Source: Chloroflexota bacterium | Lineage (GTDB): Bacteria > Chloroflexota > Anaerolineae > UBA1429 | Assembly: GCA_019873625.1 (NCBI GenBank) | Contig: JAIOAW010000007.1 | Location: 13,596-77,595 of the forward strand | Reading direction: 5' to 3' | DNA length: 64,000 bases | In this document: positions 60,251-64,000 of the stretch, piece after piece | How positions within the stretch are numbered: the first letter of the stretch is position 1 | Layout: each line of letters starts with the position of its first letter | Program-made: the position numbers and the translations under genes | Notes under the pieces: generated by a model | Told to the model about the DNA's origin: nothing | What the model saw: only the letters and a program-made list of their open reading frames with translations | The model's database searches: none

Positions 60251-61309
60251 TCAGGCTCTTTGTAAGGGGATGGTCGTGCCGCAATACTCGCAGCGGATGG
60301 ACGATAGCCCCCGCACCGGGCCAGCGCGGTCGAGCGCCGCCCCGCAAGAAGGGCACTTGGGCGGGATGATGAACACGGGCACCTCGGGCGCGCCGCCCGC
60401 CCGATCCTGCGCGACCTCGCCCGTTTGGCAGCGCAGGATGAGGGCGCGCCAGGTTTCGGAATCGGCGTCGAGTTCCAGTTCGGCGCGGCCAAAGGGCCCA
60501 CCTGGGGCGGGCGAGATGGCCAAAAGTTCGCGCTTCAGGACGAGCGCCCTGCGCGCCTCGGCCGCGTTGACCTCGCCAACCTGGGCAAGGGGTGCCTCCC
60601 AAACCACCTCTTGGATGGTCTCCGAGGCCGTGGTGATAAAGAGCACCTTTTTGCGGGCCACCTTTTCGCGCCGCTCGAAGATGAGACGCTGATCGGTGAG
60701 GAAGAGGATGCCCTCTTGGCGCTCATCTCCCCGTAGGAATCGCGCTTGGACGGCCTCCACGAGGCCCTCGCCCGGCTGGAGCACAAAACGCGCCTCGGCC
60801 AGCCAACCCATCATACGCGAGATATCGGCCACTTCACGAGAGAGGGCCTCCAGGTTCGTCAGGAACCCTCGGAACAGGTTCTGCACGGCATCGGCCGAGG
60901 CGTTCACAAGGTGCTCGCAGGCAGCGATTTCACTTTCCACGCGGCGCAAGGTAGGCTCGGCGGCGCTCAAAGGGCTGGAACGCAGGGCGGAAAGGCGACG
61001 CACGGATTCTTCGACGCTCAGGATAGCGGGCCGCAGCCTGGCGCTGTGGCTTTCGATGGCGTTCAGCACGCCAGGGCGCAGGCGCGGCCATTCCTCGGCG
61101 AGGGCGCTCAAGCGCGCCTCCCAGCCGGCGCGATAGAGGAACCCCCGGCTGCGGAGAGCGGCGATTTCCTGCGGCAGGCGGAGGAGATCGGCATCCGCCT
61201 GGGCCAGCCGGTTGCGCACATCGTTCAGGAGCGCGGCCCGTTCCAACGCGGCGAGCCGCTCCTCCAAACGGCGGACGGCCGCCTCAGCCGTGGGGGGTGG
61301 TTGCGTCAT
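60251..61309 (-). CDS. Hypothetical protein: coiled coil, PH/GRAM-like beta domain, C-terminal Zn ribbon
   Basis: Heptad-rich N-terminus, GILFLTDQRLIFE, CPSCGA..CEYCG. Confidence 0.7.
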   Translation of the reverse strand: MTQPPPTAEAAVRRLEERLAALERAALLNDVRNRLAQADADLLRLPQEIAALRSRGFLYRAGWEARLSALAEEWPRLRPGVLNAIESHSARLRPAILSVEESVRRLSALRSSPLSAAEPTLRRVESEIAACEHLVNASADAVQNLFRGFLTNLEALSREVADISRMMGWLAEARFVLQPGEGLVEAVQARFLRGDERQEGILFLTDQRLIFERREKVARKKVLFITTASETIQEVVWEAPLAQVGEVNAAEARRALVLKRELLAISPAPGGPFGRAELELDADSETWRALILRCQTGEVAQDRAGGAPEVPVFIIPPKCPSCGAALDRAGPVRGLSSIRCEYCGTTIPLQRA

Positions 61310-62259
61310 CTTGGCTCCTTGAGAGGGGAGTTGGCATTTACCTCGTTTTTATTATTGCCGCCGTGAAGAGGCCTGTCAAGCACGGCAAGGCCCAAACGGG
61401 CCATCGCCCACGGCACGCCGAACATAACCCAAGCCCCTAGCGCGGCATAGCGCAAGAAGCGCAGCGCGGCAAACGAGGCGGCCTCTCCGAAGAGGGCTTT
61501 GAGGCTCAGATAAAGGAGGGCCACGCCGCCCATGCCGATGCCCAGCGCAGCGACCATCGCCCAGCCCCAGCGGGCGCGGCGGAAGCGCACCCAGCGCCGT
61601 TCCAAGGGGAGCGTGCCCGCTATGCCGGCCAGGGCCGCAGCGGCGATGAGGGCGTCGCCGGTGGGTTCGGCGTATAGGGCGAGGATAACGGCGGGCAGGG
61701 CCAAGCCAGCGCCGACCTGTAGGCCGAAGGGGAGGCCTCCCCAGGCGGCGGCTAAGCGATCTTGGTAGCGCCAAAAGAGGGCCAGACCAAGCGCCCCTAA
61801 TAGCCAACCGCCTAGGATATCTGTGGGAAAGTGCACCCCCAAATAGACGCGCGAGAGCGACACGAGCACGATGAGGAGCGCGGCCAGGGCCGTGAAGAGG
61901 CGCCTCTTCCAGCGCAGGGCCAGATACCCCCACAAGACGACGGCATTCTGCGCATGCCCGCTGGGCAGGCCGCCCCCTGTGGCCGAGGTGAGCATCAAGA
62001 CGCGCGGATCGTAGGCAAAGGGGCGCGGCTGGGCCAAGATGGCCTTGGCCACGGCGTTTAGGTAGGCGGAAGCCAAGAAGAGGAGGGTGAGGCGCACGGC
62101 CGTAGAGCGATCCACAAGCCAGTAGAGGAGCGGCAAGAGGAGGATGTAAAACGCCGCCTCGCCCGTCCAGGTGAGCACGCGAAAGGGTGCATCGAGCGCG
62201 GGGCTGAAGCGCTGGCACCAGAGGATGACTTCAACGCCCCAATTCAAGATAGGAGTCAT
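61306..62259 (-). CDS. PAP2-family membrane phosphatase
   Basis: K...QPRP, PSGHA, SRVYLGVHFPTD. Confidence 0.92.
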   Translation of the reverse strand: MTPILNWGVEVILWCQRFSPALDAPFRVLTWTGEAAFYILLLPLLYWLVDRSTAVRLTLLFLASAYLNAVAKAILAQPRPFAYDPRVLMLTSATGGGLPSGHAQNAVVLWGYLALRWKRRLFTALAALLIVLVSLSRVYLGVHFPTDILGGWLLGALGLALFWRYQDRLAAAWGGLPFGLQVGAGLALPAVILALYAEPTGDALIAAAALAGIAGTLPLERRWVRFRRARWGWAMVAALGIGMGGVALLYLSLKALFGEAASFAALRFLRYAALGAWVMFGVPWAMARLGLAVLDRPLHGGNNKNEVNANSPLKEPR

Positions 62260-62462
62260 ATCGCCCGCCTTATCCCTTGGTGCTGGGCCTCCGCTTCACA
62301 AGGGGTCTCGCCTTAGCCCGTTTGTGGGAAACTTAACGCCTCGACGTGGGTGGTGCGCGCATTATCGCTGCGCGCCCGAAGAAGTCAAGCGAAATGCGGC
62401 GCAAAATTATGTTTGATAATGCATAAATTTTTTTGTAAAAAGGCTTTTTAGACAAAAAATAG

Positions 62463-62491
62463 TTGACATCTGGTCAAATTTGTGCTATACT
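62463..62491 (+). promoter_or_regulatory. Consensus sigma70 promoter overlapped by a TTGAC-N5-GTCAA palindrome
   Basis: TTGACA-17-TATACT with extended TG; inverted repeat 62463-62477. Confidence 0.8.
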
Positions 62492-62511
62492 CTTTGGTGA
62501 AAGGAGGGGCG

Positions 62512-62916
62512 ATGCGCACGATATTGACTCGGTGCCCTAACTGCGGCGGGGAGATGGAGGTTACCAGGCTCCATTGTACGCGCTGTGAGACGGTCATCTT
62601 GGCGCGGTACGATCCCTGCCCTTTCTGCCGCCTCAAACCCGAGAGCCAAGCCTTCATCACGGCCTTTGTGCGGTACCGTGGCAACCTCAAAGAGATGGAG
62701 CGCGAATTGGGCCAATCCTACTGGTCGCTGCGCAACCGCCTGCAAGAGATCATCCAGGAGCTGGGCTTTGAGGCGGTTCCCTCCCGCGAGGAACAGGGGG
62801 CCGAACGCGAAGCGGCCGTGGCGCGGCGCGAGATCCTCGAGCGCCTGGAGCGGGGCGAAATCAGCGTGGCCGAGGCAGTGGCGGCGCTTTCCAAGCGCGG
62901 CGAGGCCGCCCCATAA
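62512..62916 (+). CDS. DUF2089-family protein (Zn ribbon, HTH, SHOCT-like tail)
   Basis: CPNCG..LHCTRC, GNLKEMERELG.SY..LRNRL, ILERLERGEISVAEA; AAGGAGG RBS. Confidence 0.88.
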   Translation: MRTILTRCPNCGGEMEVTRLHCTRCETVILARYDPCPFCRLKPESQAFITAFVRYRGNLKEMERELGQSYWSLRNRLQEIIQELGFEAVPSREEQGAEREAAVARREILERLERGEISVAEAVAALSKRGEAAP

Positions 62917-62939
62917 AAATGTTCGAAAGAAGGAGCAAG

Positions 62940-63839
62940 ATGGACGAAGAACGGGAGCGTATCCTTCAGATGCTTGCGGAACGCAAGATCAGCGTGGATG
63001 AGGCCGTACAACTCTTAGAGGCCTTGGGCCAGGGAGGGCGGGCCGAGGGTATGGTGAACCCCTGGGAACGGGACGAGGCGGGGCGCGCCACGCGGCCCTT
63101 GATGGAAGACCCTTTTGCGCCCCCCGAGCCGGCCACACCCCCGCCCTTTGAGGCCGGGCCAGAAGATGCCCAGGCGAAACGGTGGGAGCGGGCTAAGCCC
63201 GATTGGCATGGGCGCGACCTGCGCGAGATGGACCTGCGCGGTTGGAACTTGATGGGGGCCGACCTCCATGGCGCGAACCTAGAGGGGGCCAACCTAAAAG
63301 GGGTAACGCTTATGGGCGCCAATCTGCACGAGGCGAATCTGCGCGGAGCGAACCTCAAGGGCGCCAACCTCACGGGCGCCAACTTGGAAGGCGCCAACCT
63401 CGAAGAGGCCGATCTCCACGGGGCGAACCTGCGAGGGGCCAACCTCCGGGGGCAGAACCTCGCCGAGTTGGACCTGCACGGCGCTAACCTGATGGGAACC
63501 AACCTCGAGGGGGCGCAGTTGGAGGATTGTGAACTCCACGGCGCGAACTTGCAAGGCGCCGTGCTCAAAGGGGCCAATCTGCGCGGTGCGGACCTCCACG
63601 GGGCGAACCTAACGGGGAGCAATCTCACGGAGGCGGACCTGGAGGGAGCCGACTTCCACGGGGCGAACCTTACTGGGGCCAACCTGGCGGGCGCTAAGCT
63701 GCGCGGCACGGATCTTCATGGGGCGAACTTGGCGGGCGTCAACCTACGGGGGATGGACCTTTCCGGCGCAGACCTCCACGAGACGGACTTGCGAGGTCGC
63801 AGCGCGCCCCAAGAGGAAGATGCCCCGCCAGAGGAATAG
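62940..63839 (+). CDS. SHOCT-like N-terminus fused to a pentapeptide-repeat (Rfr) domain
   Basis: EERERILQML....ISVDEA..LLEAL, then about 40 A[DN]LxG units. Confidence 0.9.
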   Translation: MDEERERILQMLAERKISVDEAVQLLEALGQGGRAEGMVNPWERDEAGRATRPLMEDPFAPPEPATPPPFEAGPEDAQAKRWERAKPDWHGRDLREMDLRGWNLMGADLHGANLEGANLKGVTLMGANLHEANLRGANLKGANLTGANLEGANLEEADLHGANLRGANLRGQNLAELDLHGANLMGTNLEGAQLEDCELHGANLQGAVLKGANLRGADLHGANLTGSNLTEADLEGADFHGANLTGANLAGAKLRGTDLHGANLAGVNLRGMDLSGADLHETDLRGRSAPQEEDAPPEE

Positions 63840-63844
63840 ACCTT

Positions 63845-63877
63845 ACCCTCCCGCAGGTTTCTAAACTGCGGGAGGGT
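63845..63877. repeat. REP-like palindrome, copy 4 (may also act as terminator)
   Basis: ACCCTCCCGCAG-GTTTCTAAA-CTGCGGGAGGGT. Confidence 0.65.
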
Positions 63878-63896
63878 TCACTGCACCTGACGATCC

Positions 63897-64000
63897 TCAG
63901 CCCGCCCGCACCGTAATATCGGAGACAAAGTGCACGGCCTCCACCCGCACGCGCCGTTTGGCCTCTTCATATTCCGGTGTGGCGTAGGTGATGGGGGAGA
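63897..64000 (-). CDS. C-terminus of a LiaF/DUF2154-like protein (truncated by window edge)
   Basis: ...SPITYATPEYEEAKRRVRVEAVHFVSDITVRAG* resembles LiaF C-termini. Confidence 0.5.
   Translation of the reverse strand, partial: SPITYATPEYEEAKRRVRVEAVHFVSDITVRAG

Noticed and set aside
63180..63800. Tandem DNA repeats as CRISPR or VNTR
   Set aside because: Degenerate 15-bp periodicity is fully explained by pentapeptide coding; no identical repeats with unique spacers and no cas genes

Overview
GC-rich bacterial chromosomal window, probably Chloroflexota/Anaerolineae-like (inferred from gene repertoire and protein styles). It is mostly housekeeping and transport: three tRNAs, pstSCAB1B2-phoU, ilvD, an ECF(PanT)-coaX-coaBC operon, hcp, gap, a NarXL-type two-component pair, an ECF sigma factor, an opp operon, a stand-alone ftsZ and an 8-gene aro operon. 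No transposase, integrase, prophage or CRISPR array was seen. The most notable signals are mostly absent from the ORF track. (1) A Phe/Tyr-rich leader peptide with mutually exclusive terminator and antiterminator lies upstream of the whole shikimate/chorismate operon. (2) A pan-type RNA hairpin plus terminator controls a pantothenate/CoA operon that ends in a ThnT-like Ntn hydrolase, a candidate pantetheine salvage route. (3) A candidate anti-Shine-Dalgarno sRNA sits between a kinase and its regulator. (4) The PstB pair is asymmetric, with one degenerate ATP site. (5) A DUF2089 operon encodes a pentapeptide-repeat protein with a histidine ladder. (6) A REP-like palindrome occurs four times. 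All family assignments come from motif recognition by eye, not database searches.
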